Of a stretch of DNA of 64,000 nt, positions 1-13,307 are shown piece by piece. Both the position numbers and the translations under genes were made by a program. A model generated the notes under the pieces. It did not search any database, was not told where the DNA came from, and was given only the letters and a program-made list of their open reading frames with translations. Every line of letters starts with the position of its first letter. Position 1 is the first letter of the stretch. Source of the DNA: Octopus sinensis (taxonomy: Eukaryota); the NCBI RefSeq assembly GCF_006345805.1, contig NC_043004.1, positions 75,702,001 through 75,766,000 on the forward strand, in the 5' to 3' direction.

Positions 1-1785
1 ATGAATAAATGAAATCCGGGGGGAAAATTCAATCTAATCAGCTATATAGCATCTCCCTCAAAATGGCTGGCCTTTTGCCTGTATTAGAAATTATTCTATG
101 TAATATAGAAATACACTGAACCAGCCGATAGTGTATGTAATTTTGTTTGTCTTGAGACCTAGCCAAAATATAAATGGAGTTTTTACCGAGGTAAACGGAA
201 AGACAGAGGAGATAAAGAAACTGAATGAAAAAGACATGTCAACAGAAAACCTATTGCAGAATAAAACTAATAGCGTCTTAAGAATACGTCTCAATCAAGC
301 ATCAAAATTCGTTCTCTCGCTAGTTTATAAGCTTCATTCATATTTATAGTATATACGATCGTAATTATATGTGTAGTAATATAATAGGATCGTTAATGAA
401 ATCATAAAGCGTTTCAAACTTATTGTGTGAGATGTCCAGTGACTAAAACGAGTCTTGCTGCACAAATCTTGAAAGATAAGAAACAAAACTTGTTACTAGA
501 AGAAAAAAAAGCTGTAACAAATTTCAAATTTTCGGTTAATGTTTAATGAACAACTTTAAGGTAATTTATTCATCAGGTACGTCTAGACGTTTGTGGAGAT
601 TCAAAATTCGCGCTTCTTGATAAGGAAGTAGGTCATTAAGCAGCCCAAAAGATGAGCTTAAAACCCAAAGCAGCCCAAAGATGGGCTGAGCTTATGAATT
701 TACAAATGTAGAATAAACAAAAATATATGTCCATGACATTATTCGATTCGATTTATTGGAGAAACGTAAATTCATTTAGAAATATTACAATATTGTCGTC
801 TTAATTAAAGCCGAGGATCGGAGACCTTTTAAAAAAACTCACTTAACGATTACACAATGTGCATTGAGATGATTGTCAGATGCGCCTTCCATGCACGGCG
901 TGATATTTACTTTTGATTGACGAAAGAAACTCCACGTCTCTTTTCATTGTGTTCCTCTAATATATATAAAGCAAACACTTTGTTGTTGGGATGTACGAAA
1001 CGAAAACCGGTTCAGAGTGTAAGAAACGGTTTGGCCAGTTGATTTCCTCGCATTTTGTTGTCCGCCATTATATGTACATTAAACGAAAGATTGCTCACGG
1101 CATTCTTTCGGTATGAAAGATTGCCTACATCTGCAATCCTTCGTCGGTGGAGTTTCGGATCAGGACGTCTGTATTAAGCCAATTTCCTGTAATCAGGATA
1201 TTCATTATACCACGCACTATCCTCATTTACGAAGGGAGCTTCTATGCGATCGCTCGACTTACTAGAAACAGCGGCCGAATCTCCTCGAATGAAGAACAAA
1301 AAATCCATGTTTAAAATGTAAATGAGATCAGAACACCTGTGATTTTAAAACAAATGCGAAATAATAATTTGGTCATTATATTTTAGCAAATTATAAATAG
1401 TGAGACTACTAAATTAATGTTTTCATTATTTTCTTTAAAAAATTTGGGGAGACAAGAGTGTTTTGTCTTGATCCCTACTCAAATATATCCTATCGACTTA
1501 AAAGAAAGACACTTTAAACAATGTCTATAGAGGAAATGGTTGCAGTTGAAACGTTGAGCCTAGATCTTAATCAATAGGAGCTGATCTGAGGCTAAACAGA
1601 CCAAAGGACTTTTTAACCCAATATTTATACGCTTTTCGACATTGAGTTCAACTGTTAAAAACATATTACTAGTGTGTAAATATAACACACACGAAAACGA
1701 TTCGCTCTAACATCGGAAGACATTAAAAATAGCAACAACATCGTTGAAGAAAGCTTGGAAACGTGTGTGTGTGCATGCATGTATG

Positions 1786-1825
<40 letters not shown>

Positions 1826-3259
1826 TGATCGAATCTTTTTTCACCACTATTTCGTTTCTATCTTACTCTTTCAATGCCCCTCAACCATTTACTCAAACGT
1901 TCAGGCATTGAGGACTAAATAATTATAAAATTTGGACCATTTGTCCAAACAAGACTTGAGGCAAAATATTTATTTTTTTGATTTAACATGTTTCAAGTGA
2001 AAAAATTAGTGAAGAGTTCGGAATACCTGATGTTTTGACTTTTACTTTTCGTATAAATGTCAAAAGATTATCTTTTTAAAAAGTACAAAAAATTTGACAA
2101 AAACGCAAGTTCTCGTTCAAAAATGTTTAAATTGTACTCGATAGCCATGCAAAAAGAATAATTAGATCATCCTTAACATCAATTAGTTCATATATGCTTT
2201 TAAAACAAGAATTACTTAACGATTATCTGGAGATTTGGATAAACTGTTAATAATAACTATTCAAACCGTCAGTTGACCGTTTGAGCTGTTGTCATGAATC
2301 GCGGCCAGCATCTCCCTGAAATCAGTCTTAGGAAAGGACACATTGCATAACCGATGGCCCTCCTTTATATTACGACTTTAAATGAAATGAGAAGAATCAT
2401 CAAGTATACAATGCCCTTTAACTCCTAATAAGAGCAGTATTTGAATCGAGTTGTTTCGTCATTTATACAAGAATCTGGAGCCGTTACTATTAGATCAAGC
2501 TATACTAGTTAAACTGGATAGTTTATCCTTTAAAAGATATTCTTTCGGTATGCCTCTCAGGACTTAAAATTCGATCGAAGTATGAAACACTCTTGTTTAT
2601 TTCTTCAGAATCTCTAACTTTTAACCGTCAATCTATCATGTGGTTAACTGGTCACCGATGCAGTGCTATGGCAGAACGGATAGCTATGATTAGAATGCAT
2701 CTGATCATAAAACTGCTAGATCAGAGACGACTTGCGACAATAAAAAAAACGCAAATCTTCAAGTGATTTTTTTAATTAAATACATGCATTCATTATTATT
2801 TGAACGTATTTAAGCGTTTGGTTCAGCCATTTTTTAAAGTGCAAATTTAAATTCAATGACAGTTGAATCTGATCAGTCGTCGTTTGAGATTGTTTCTACG
2901 TGTGAAGATAGTAGGTTTACATAATAATGAAATTACATTGATTGGATCGAAGTCATTCAATTAAAAAAATTATAAAGAGAAGAGATGACAGCTTTTGATC
3001 TCATTGAATCAATTGTCTCTCTTCCAGTAAAAAAAAATCGTAATCATGAATGAATAAAAAAAATCGTAATTATGAATGAAGATCGAAAACAATGGAGATT
3101 CATATATATATGTATCAGGTTACGAAAAAGCAATATTAAAACCCAATTACCTTCAGCGGTGAGCTCGCCATGGTTGGATTTAATAAACTCTAGCATAAAA
3201 AACCAAAACGGGCAACAATCGGTGAATTAGTGGATTTAAATTAAGCGCGCCGTTACTGA

Positions 3260-3330
3260 CCAATGAAAACATCAACAGAAGGTCACGCGGTAAAAGCAGC
3301 CAATTACAAGATTAAACAGCGGTCACGTGG
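3260..3330. promoter_or_regulatory. Duplicated CCAAT-N16-GGTCACG(C/T)GG composite element
   Basis: CCAAT 3260-3264 plus GGTCACGCGG 3281-3290, and CCAAT 3300-3304 plus GGTCACGTGG 3321-3330. Identical 16-nt spacing and a 40-bp period. Confidence 0.5.
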
Positions 3331-3434
3331 GTTGCTTTACATTATGGGTTGTAACAAAAAATGAGAACAGAAAAGAAAGGAAGAAATGAAGAAACAATGA
3401 GAAGGAAATAATTTTTTGGTAAATAATAGCTTAC

Positions 3435-3464
3435 CTCCCATTTAACATCGTCATTAGCCATCAT
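3435..3464 (-). CDS. Probable first coding exon (MMANDDVKWE) of an unidentified gene divergent from UBE2G2
   Basis: Minus strand reads ATG ATG GCT AAT GAC GAT GTT AAA TGG GAG|GTAAGC, with an in-frame TAG 15 nt upstream and a strong phase-0 donor. It lies in unique CpG-rich sequence 1.4 kb from the UBE2G2 ATG. The peptide is too short to assign. Confidence 0.45.
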
Positions 3465-4559
3465 ATAATATCTCAACTAGATAATAAATTCTTCTGTGGT
3501 AGATCCGAGCTTTAAAGCAACTTGAATGTTGAAATTTCAGATAATCTCACCGAATTAGGCGAAGTGAGAATTATAGTAGGAGGATAAAGAGAGAAATGGG
3601 GGGAAAAAATGAATAAAAGATATGGTTTATCTTCCTGATTAGTATGAAGTGCTTTGCTGCCTTCAGTGAGAAAGCCTCCTTGATTTACTGCTAGGTTTGT
3701 TTATATGCTTCATCGACTTAAGATCGTCAATAAAACTAGATACACTACTATTGGGTATTAGTTATTCTGTTTACAAAAGCATGTTTAGTAACAACACCAT
3801 CAAGTTCCGTTTCGTTCACGTCCAAGTTTTACAATTAACAAGAAAGAAAACCCGAAAACATCAAGTCGAAAGATGCACAGAGATGTTGAGACAATAATCC
3901 GATTATATATATGGGTAGAGATATAATATGTTTTGGTTTTCTGGGGTCTTTTTTTTTTTGTTTAAATAAATTTTGTGTGCAGATATTTAAATAAACGATG
4001 AATTAATTTTAAATATAATGAAATTATTACAAAAAAAATTGTCAGTTTCTTTTTTCTGTTATGAAGATGTAATGCTTTTTTTTTTTTCCGGCAATAAGAA
4101 TGAGTTATCTAAATAATCAGAGTTTGTTCGTGTTGTAGATGAAGATATCTCCAATTAAATGAGGATTCTTCCACGACGATTTAGTCGTCCTCCGTCTTCT
4201 TTTCTTATTCACAATATACAACCGCTACTCCAGTCTTCTTTTTGCTTGAACTGGGAAACCAGATTTCCTCCCAGAATAGATAATTAGTAGATGAAAAATT
4301 AAATAGATTTCTGTAAGAGCCGCCTCCGGCCATCGATACGTCGTTTTAGGAAGTTTAGGGTTTTCGATTGTTCAAAAACCGGTGCAATCAATGGAAGTTT
4401 TCGCGTTGAAGTAACCTGAGGGAACTATATTCCAATATTTTTTTTTCTTTTTAGTTTTCCCTCTCAATTTTTCCTTTTCCGTTGCAGCGAATACAGGAAA
4501 ACAGAGTATTACGCTTAGGAATCTGCTCATACGTCTCTCTACAGACGAAGACACAAAAT

Positions 4560-4760
4560 CACCGGCTCTTCGATTACACAGCTAATGCGCCGTTGTGACT
4601 GCGTTCTAAAAGCTCGATGCTGATTGGCCAGTAATTTAAACATATTTCCAAACCGACCAATCACCATCTCGCTATTACCCGACGACTGCGGTCGTACTTC
4701 CTATTTGTAATGGCGGTGTCACGGTGATGTCCGTGCTCTTGTTACAGATAGGTTGTCTCA
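4560..4760. promoter_or_regulatory. CpG-rich, likely bidirectional core promoter
   Basis: Opposed CCAAT boxes (ATTGG 4623-4627, CCAAT 4657-4661), ETS-like ACTTCC (4696-4701) and YY1-like AATGGCGG (4709-4716). No TATA box. Lies between the two divergent first exons. Confidence 0.65.
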
Positions 4761-4841
4761 ATATTTACACTGACACATTGACGGGCATAAGCAAGTAATG
4801 AAATTCTGAAGAGAGAAAACAAATTTGATAATAAGTGAAAA

Positions 4842-4884
4842 ATGGCAGGATCTGCTCTGAGACGTTTGATGGCGGAATATAGAC
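4842..4884 (+). CDS. UBE2G2: First coding exon of ubiquitin-conjugating enzyme E2 G2 (Ubc7 orthologue, ERAD E2); partial CDS
   Basis: ATG GCA GGA TCT GCT CTG AGA CGT TTG ATG GCG GAA TAT AGA C|GTAAGT encodes MAGSALRRLMAEYR. Remembered human UBE2G2 begins MAGTALKRLMAEYK with the same 43-nt phase-1 first coding exon. Canonical GTAAGT donor at 4885. No downstream exons recognised in the window. Confidence 0.9.
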
Positions 4885-6944
4885 GTAAGTACATTCGGTT
4901 GTCATTTTGTCACGTAAGCTTCGTCAAGCCTTTAATTGTTATTTAAGCTTTTGCAATTAATAAATATCTTTATTGCGCTTATAAACACTGTCTTCTGTTT
5001 ACCAAGCCATTTTTCTGATATTTTAATGAATTGAATAAAAATGGCTTTATTTTCTTCATCCGGTTCAGTGGCTTTAAGTACGTATTGACAACATCGTAAG
5101 TCCCGTTTATTGACCGAATAAACTACTTAATTCAATAATTTTAAATTATTGCCAATTTATAATGTCATCTTCCATACTGACTTCTTTTTCTTAAGGTAAT
5201 TTTATAGATGGTCCCGTATCGTGTGAGTTACATTTTACATCTGTTAATTCAAAGGCATCTAGATTCCTTGCACCATACAAAATCTCTATCTTTGAATTGT
5301 ATAAATTTTTTTTTAAATCATCAAAAAAAAAATAAGGTTTATTGTGAACTGTTTAAATAAATCTGCGATTCCTTTACAGCTTGGGATCTATGTGTTTCCA
5401 AAAGTTAGAATTTAATATTCACCTGTTAGTTCTGACTCTTTCACCTGCAGCATTTGTATCCAACAAATTTGTGGAATCAAATCTATGTTTATGCTTTTAA
5501 TTTCTGAGATCAAGTTTTATTATTATCAAATCAACATCCCTCATTTTGCTTGTTATCAGCTAACAAAACATTCACCTGTTCATGTAAAAAAAATAATAAC
5601 AACATTGCACATCTGTGCTGTAAGTTTTTGCATACATTTAATAATCTTGCTCCGATTTCTCTCAGGATATCTTTTAAATATCCTATTCACAGAAGAGACT
5701 AATTCCATTATTGACCCTTTATTTCACAAATAACTTCAATCAGTCAATTATTATTTAGTAATAAATAAACAAGCCATTTTGACCCAAGTTGAGCTTTAAA
5801 ATCATCTCAAGGGTGGATAACTCTTTTATTTTGAATATTTTCACTTTAATAAACAAACTCATTCTCATTTGAGTCGGCTGAAGTTTTCTCATTTCCTCCG
5901 AGTCAAGTTAGTTTTTCCAGATTCTATACTTAAAACTAGGCTTCTTTTATTGTAACCTATTCTATTTATTATCTGTGAAATATCAGTCTATTGTCTTTAT
6001 TCTTTTACTTGTTTCAGTCATTGGACTACGGCCATGCAGGGGTACGGTCAATCAAATCGACTCCCACTACTTACATTTAAGTCTGGTACTTACTCTATCG
6101 GTCTTTCTTCTTTTTTTTTTTGGCAAACAGTTAAGTTGCGGGTTGCAAACAAACCAACACCGGTTGTCAAGCGGTGAAATACGAGTATAAAGATGCACAA
6201 ACACACACACAGATACTACGAGCTTCCTCACAGTTTCCGTTTATCAAATTCATTCACAACGCATTGATTGATCCAGAGCTATTGTAGAAAACACTTGCTG
6301 AACAGTGAGAGTGAACTCGAAGCCTCATGGTTGCAACTGCATGTACATGATGAGTAGCCATAAAATTTCTTTGACCCAAAATTACATATTTATCATCAAA
6401 CTGGCCAAATGCAGCCTCTCACACCGACCTTACAATGTTGTTCCTAAAACAAACAATCACATCACCCAAATCTTGAAGCTATGAGATAATACATGATTAA
6501 TTCAAAACCATGAGAATAAAAACACATTACATTCAACAGCATAATTCGAATGCTAAGGAGTTAAATTCAACCATAATAAAGATAGTAGACAATGTCAAGT
6601 ACTAATTAGAAATATTTTTGCTGTCTGTTGACATCCATCTCAGTGGTACTCTGTAGCCTTTTCCATGTCGTACAGATTTCTGTTTTTAATTCTGCAATCC
6701 ATTTGTTTTGGTATTAAAATGATTAATAGGATTTTTTTTTTTTTTCTGTTTTGAAAATAGAAGCTCGCACTTGATGCTTCCCAGGAAGCATTTTCCTTCC
6801 CAAAGCAGTATTAATCTGCTGAAATAGTTTGAAAAATCTTAGTATTTGCATCAAAGTGCCATATTCATGATCTAGAGAAATGCAGTAGCAGGAAAGTGCA
6901 GGTGATGAAACAAAAATGTAAATTTACAATATAATAGTGAGTGC

Positions 6945-7305
6945 AGGTGTGGCTGTGTGGTAAGAAGTTTTCTTCTCAACTACATGATTCCAGGTTCACT
7001 CCCACTGCATGGTACGGTGAACAAGTGGTAAACTTAAGGAAGCCTGTTGTGTATGTGTTTGTGTGTTACTTTCTCCATGCCTTGACTTCATGTGGTAGCT
7101 GTAAATGAATGTCACTGTCATACAAGCAGTGTCCTTTGTTTCCAATCTTCTGTGGGAGCATTGTGGGGAAATATTACCTTACTTGGAAACAGGTGATGGT
7201 GGGCAACAGGAAGAGCATCCTGCCTCAGACAAAAATCTGCCTCGACAAATTCCATCCTATCCATGTGAGTATAGAAAAGTGGACGTGAAAATGGTGATGA
7301 TGAAT
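6945..7305 (+). mobile_element. SINE with a family-A tRNA head and an RTE-like 3' tail
   Basis: Starts GCAGGTGTGGCTGTGTGGTAAGAAG and ends GGAAGAGCATCC...GAAAAGTGGACGTGAAAATGGTGATGATG. Related pieces at 17130-17320, 38590-38760 and 53180-53420. Confidence 0.7.
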
Positions 7306-10300
7306 AGGAGCCTGTATGTTTCTACAGACAATGTTTTTTGAGTATTAAGGAAACGTGTTGGCTGTATGGAACAGGGAGTGTAATTTTCAAAATATATACA
7401 AATTGGTTTAGGGGTAATTGCATTGGTCATGTGTGGAAGCTGTGAAGAATTAATTATCAATTGTTTGTATGTCATAGAATCTGTAACTCTTGAATACTAT
7501 GTGCTCTTTATCTTAACACGTCCATACACTTATCTGTGCTAAGTGACTGGAAGTGGAATTAGCCATTGCCAGTTCTGTTCTTACTTTATTGTAGTGTTTG
7601 TTTCTGAGAAGTTAAGAAATGGAAATATTTCTCTTGTGTTTCCTCAGTTTTCTAACAGAAAATTTATTAGAATAATATATTAGAAATTCTTGATTATATT
7701 TGAATGACTGAGTTCAACTGAATTTTTATTACTGTTTTTTTCAGCTTATCTAAAAATGATTGAAGGATTTCTAGCTTACTGTAGGCTGATTACATGGGGT
7801 CATTTCAATGACTATAAATTTTTAGAAATTTCTAGTGAGGTTTCTATCAAAAGTGTTTATAGAATCTGTATTCCAGTTGTTTGTTGAACTTGAGTTTTTG
7901 TCTTGTCTTCATCATCATCATTGTTTTAATGTCTACTTTTCAGAATTTCATTGAGGCAGATTTTTATGACAAGAGGCCCCTCCCATCACCACCACTCATC
8001 TGCTTCCAACCAAGTTAATATTTCCTCGTAGCCTGAACATATGCGGTCATGAGGAGACATTACCTTGCTTGGAAACCGGTAGATATTGGTGACAGGAAGG
8101 GCATCTCACTGTAGAAAATCTGCCTCAACAGCGAGATGACTTTCCTGTCACCTGTATGCACCTGTTTCCAAGCAAGGTAATGTTTCTCCATGACCAGATA
8201 TGTCCACAGAGAAGCCAGTCAAGAGGGAATTGAAAATTCGAAACACACAGCTCATTTTCTTTCTTTTTTGTTTTTTTCCTTTCACTTTTGTCAATACATC
8301 TGTTCTACAAATGCAATTTAAATTCTCCAAGCTTGTGTCCTATTAGCCAATTCATATTTCATATCTTTTTTTATATATATATAAATATATCCCCCCCCCC
8401 CATCCTCTCAGCCATTCCATTTTCTCTCACAATCACTTGCTACAGCCATATCTTCCCCATCTCAACATCTCTGCTCACACTCTTATGGAGCATCCCCTGC
8501 TATCTCCTCTGTACATTTCCAACACCATCTCTTTGTCTCTCTCTCACTCTGACTGTCTTTAACTTTCACTAATTCTCTCTCTCTCTCTCCTTCCTCTCCT
8601 GGAGTAGCCAAATATCCCTTCTATAGAAAGACGACTATCTCTGTCCTATTATATTGTAACCTGGCTCACAGCCACTTCCCTCAGCTCCACTTCTCTCTCA
8701 GCTGAGAGTTCTTTCTCTTGTAAGCTACTTGGCAACCCCGCCGGTACCATGTAGACAGCACCTGTTCCTGTGCCACATAAAATGCACCTGTGCTGATGCT
8801 ATATAAAGTGCATCCAGTACACCCTGTAATGTTGTTGGTGTTAGGAAGGGCATCCATCCATAGAAACCATGCCAAAGCAGATGACTGGAGCCTGGTGCAG
8901 CCCTCCAGCCTTGCCAGCTCCTGTTGAACCATCTAACCCATGCCAGCATGGAAATGGACGTTATATGAGGATGAGTGGATGTTCAGTTTTTAATTTCTCT
9001 TTATAATATCTAACTATTTGGTCTTAAATTAGTTTTCTAAGTTATTAGCATTATTAGAATTAAAACTAAGATGGTGAGCTAGCAGAATCATTAGCACACC
9101 GGGCATAATGTTTAGCAGTATTTCATCTGCCATTTCATTCTGAGTTCAAATTCCACGAGGTCAACTTTGCCTTTCATCTTTTCAGGGTCGATGAAATAAG
9201 TACCAGTTACGCACTGGGGTCAGTATAATTAACTAGCCCCCTTCTCCCAAAATGTTCAAGGCCTTGGTGCCTAGAGTAGAAATAACTATTAGAATTAAAA
9301 CTGAAGCAAAAATTAGGTTGATATGTTAAATAGTATTTGTTAATAATTTGCAAAGGAAAAAAATGTATGCTGATTTCATTAAGATTCTCTGACGACTTGC
9401 AAAGTAAAAGTGAAAGAAAAATCAGTTTTAAACAAGTTGTATTTATATAGAAACATTTTGATATCTTCAAGAAGTACTCGGCTAATTAATTTAAGCACAA
9501 AATTAATTAGTGATTTGTTTGTGATTACAATTTGACATCAATGTGCTTTGTTTTGAATTGTGCATGATATTCAGATGTAATAAAGACTTCTGTTTTTTTT
9601 GTTTTTGGAATAAAGATTTACTAAGAATAAGAGAACACTGGTATGTAAATTAATCACTTGCATTAAATATTCTGATTTAATTTAGCTGTGTATCTTGGTC
9701 TTAGAATACATACACAGTGTAGCTACTTGCTATGGTGGAGTCTCCTGTTGTAAGCATCTGATGAAGTTCCCACAACTTGTTGCTGAACAATCTGCACAGA
9801 TGATTTGTCTATACCAATCAAGGGTTTCTGCTCTCTCCATCAAATTGACATTGCTTGTACAAAAGGCATGGGGTGCCACACATCAGTTGTCGAAGTGATT
9901 GCAGAGCTACATTGAGATGAATTGTTTGGCTCAAGAACACAATACTCTGCCTGATCCAAGAATCGAAACCTCGATTTTGCGATTGTGAGTGCAGCAATCT
10001 AACTACTAGATTAGACCACTGCTTGTCATAAAGGGCCATTAAAAGGAGTGGTGACAAGTAGGTCCACCTGTCATGAAGCACTACTTCAGAATAACTGCCC
10101 AAACCCATGCCAAGAGTGGATGTAAACCTTTTTTCGTCTGCCGTTGTTATAATTATTCCTCTCATCAAGCATATCCAACCACAAAGAAATTAGGCTTATA
10201 TCTAGTTTGTTTGATTAATTAAATGATTAAATTTTCACTCTGGTTCCATGAAAATTATTGAAGCTGTGGAAATCCAAATATCTTTTTATCATGTAAAATA

Positions 10301-10390
10301 AATTTTAAAAATCTCATCTTTTGTTTCATTTTGTTTTCTTCCTTCTGAAATTAGAAACTTTTTTTAGCAAGTAATGGGTGATCTGTGGAT

Positions 10391-10426
<36 letters not shown>

Positions 10427-10767
10427 AAATCAGTCACCCACAATGAAATGTAGTAGAAATATGTGTTTTGCTAAAAAAAATGTGAAGTTACTTCCAAAAA
10501 AATGAAATACACTCCCATAGCAGGCATGGCCATCTATTTAAACGGTTTATGTCTCAGTTGCCTGGTTCTGGTTTTGATTTCACTTAACAACACTTTGGGT
10601 AATTGCCTTCTACCTAGCTGCAAGTCATTCCAAGATTTGTGAGTGAAATTGGTTAAATGGAAACTAAAATCTTTTCATTTTTGCACCAGATCCAAATTTA
10701 AGCTTTTTTTTTAATATTTAATATTTTTACACGTGTAAGTTTTCCTGCTGTATGTGAAAATCACAAT

Positions 10768-11204
10768 CCTCTTTTTGAAGAAATTAATCAAGTTACAAGC
10801 CTTTAGAGATTGGAACTTTTTTCTGGAATTTCAGCCAATCACAAAGTACTGGACATTGGAATTACCATGTGTTCCCTTAGCAAGAGACCTATACATCATC
10901 ATCATCATCATGCCTTCCATGCTGACATGGGTTGGGAGGCTGCACCAGGCTCCACTCTAATCTGGCAAGGTCTCTACAGATCCGATTGGAGCCTGGTGCA
11001 GCCTCCTGGCTTGCCAGTCCTCAGTCAAACTGTCCAACCAATGCCAGCATGGAAAGCTGACATTAGTGATGATGTGTAGGTCTCTTGCTAAGGGAACACA
11101 TGGTAATTCCAACATCCAGTATTATGTGATTGGCTGGAATTCTGGAAAAAAAAATGGTCCAATCTCTAAAGGTTTGTAACTTTATTAATTTCTTCAAAAA
11201 GAGG
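10768..11204. repeat. Old fold-back inverted repeat (~135-bp diverged arms)
   Basis: 10768-10900 versus 11067-11204 are reverse complements with scattered mismatches, enclosing two opposed RTE-tail fragments. Confidence 0.85.
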
Positions 11205-12583
11205 GTTCTATAGTCAGTTATTGGATTCAGCTTGAAAAGCTACACCTGTCATGATTTGGTGTCCTTCTGTGCTAGCATGTGTTGGATGGTTTGATAGGAG
11301 CGAGCAAGCCAGTGGACTGCAAAATCCTATCATCTGCTTTGGCATGGTTTCTATGACTGGATGCTCTTCCTAATATCAACCGCTTTATAGAGTGTACTGG
11401 GTGCATTTTACATAACACCAGCACTTGTGAGGTCACCCACCAAGTAACTTGCAAAGAAAGACTCCTCAAATGAGGCTGAGGGGAGGTGGTTTTATGCCAG
11501 ATGATGTGAAGTTACAGTATGATAGAGGGATAGGAACAAGCATCTTGTAGACAAGATACACAGCTACCCCCGTTAGAAAAGGGTGGGGTAGATGTGTTAG
11601 TTACAGGAAGGTGAATATAAGTGGAACAGAGGATTAGGCAGAGTGAGTGGGAGATAGAAGGGAGGGTGTTTTAGGGAGAGTTTTTGTCAGGATTTGGTTG
11701 CATGCAGGAGCACTTTAAATCCTCATTTTTGCATACATTGACAATTTTTTCAAGCACAACAAATTTTTTAAAATTTCAAATCTGGTATGAGGAAGTTTAT
11801 TGAAAGGGCTGTATCTTTTAGATTTAATTGACCATACTTTTTAACACCCCTATTTGGTCCTTGAATGACTTTTAGTGGAGTACTCTATATTACAAGCATT
11901 GTTACCATGTTTGCTTTTTCACCTTTTCCTCCACCAAGTTCAGATTCCTACAAGACTGTCAACGGCATTGGTTATTTATATATAGTTGCAGGCACCATAA
12001 GGTCCAGTCCTTGTGGTTTAGAGGCTTGTATATCTCAATGCCCTGAAAGCTATGCTGGGCAAGTCAAAGGATATAGGCCCAACTAATATGGACTAGTTCT
12101 TCCCTGAAATAAAATGGGTTTGCATAGGGCCAACACCCCTACCTGGAGAAAACAAAGTTACGGAAGCATCAATGACATAATCAAAACCAACAAGATCTGG
12201 AAGAAGAGGGTTTTCCCCTCAGGGAAACATGATGCAGTACGGCAAAATTCAAAAAGAAGCTGCAAAGAATCCAACTGGAGAGAATCGGGAAAGACAGCCC
12301 TGAGAACAGTTAAGCAAAGTCATCAATGGCTTATGCTCTGTAGGGAGTGAAGGGTTTAATTAAGAGGTGCAGGCATGGCTATGCAGCTATGAAGTTTGGT
12401 TTCAGGTTCAATACCACTGTGCAAGTGTCCTATTGTACCTCCAAGATTTTAAGATTAATGCTTTTCAGTGAATTCAGTAAGCAGAAACACTGAAATCCAG
12501 TTGTGTGTGTATATATATATATCATCATCATCATCATCATTTAGCGTCCGTTTTCCATGCTAGCGGACGCTAAATGATGATGA

Positions 12584-12630
<47 letters not shown>

Positions 12631-13307
12631 CACATTAATGATTTTATCAAGTGGTCAGCATGAAATAAACCCTCATAGGTAATTTTTATATACTAAATTT
12701 ATAATTATATCAAAGGGATCAAGAAAAGCTTTCTTGGAGCACGCTAAACATAGACACCAAATGCTACACTTATTGTGCTGACGATGAGCAATAAGCTTTT
12801 TCCATTGCTAAAAGCTTGAAATTGGTTCTGATCCACAACTAACTGTGAAGTTTTATTTATTATTTTTCATTTGTCTGCTTAGAAGTTATATGGTGGCTTT
12901 TAACATCATTTGGCATCTATGTTTAGCCTGTTGGAGAAAGCTTTTCCTGATCCCTGATACAATTATGTATATAATTATAAATTTTATAAATATATATATG
13001 TAGATATAGATGAGCCTGGTGCAGCCTTCTGGCTTGCCAGTCTTCAGTCAAACCGTCCAACTCATGCCAGCATGGAAAGCAGACGTTAAACGACGATGTT
13101 GATGATTCTGTGTATGTGTGAGCTTGTTCAAGTTTGTCTCCCACAGCTTGACAGGCCAAGTTTCTTGACATTCTCCTAACTTAGTGGCTCAGCAAAAGAG
13201 ACCAACTGAGAAAGTACCTGGCTTAAATACATATTGGAATTAATTTGTTTGACTGTACCCTTCAAAGTGGTACCTCAGCATGACTGCTGTTCCAGTGACT
13301 ATACAGA

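Noticed and set aside
3260-3330. ER-stress element (ERSE/UPRE) for the ERAD gene UBE2G2
   Set aside because: Spacing and orientation match neither CCAAT-N9-CCACG nor ATTGG-N-CCACG.
4372-4554. 60-aa minus-strand ORF at the promoter
   Set aside because: GTG start, poly-Lys run derived from a T tract, and no recognisable similarity.
7745-7785. Acceptor followed by ...IEGFLA, superficially like UBE2G2 exon 2 (PEGIVA)
   Set aside because: Lacks LTLNPP and has no GT donor at the expected 36-nt position.
12777-12835. Possible C/D box snoRNA (ACGATGA...CTGA); also ATGATGA at ~33352
   Set aside because: Non-canonical C box or no suitably placed D box, no terminal stem, and no recognisable guide.
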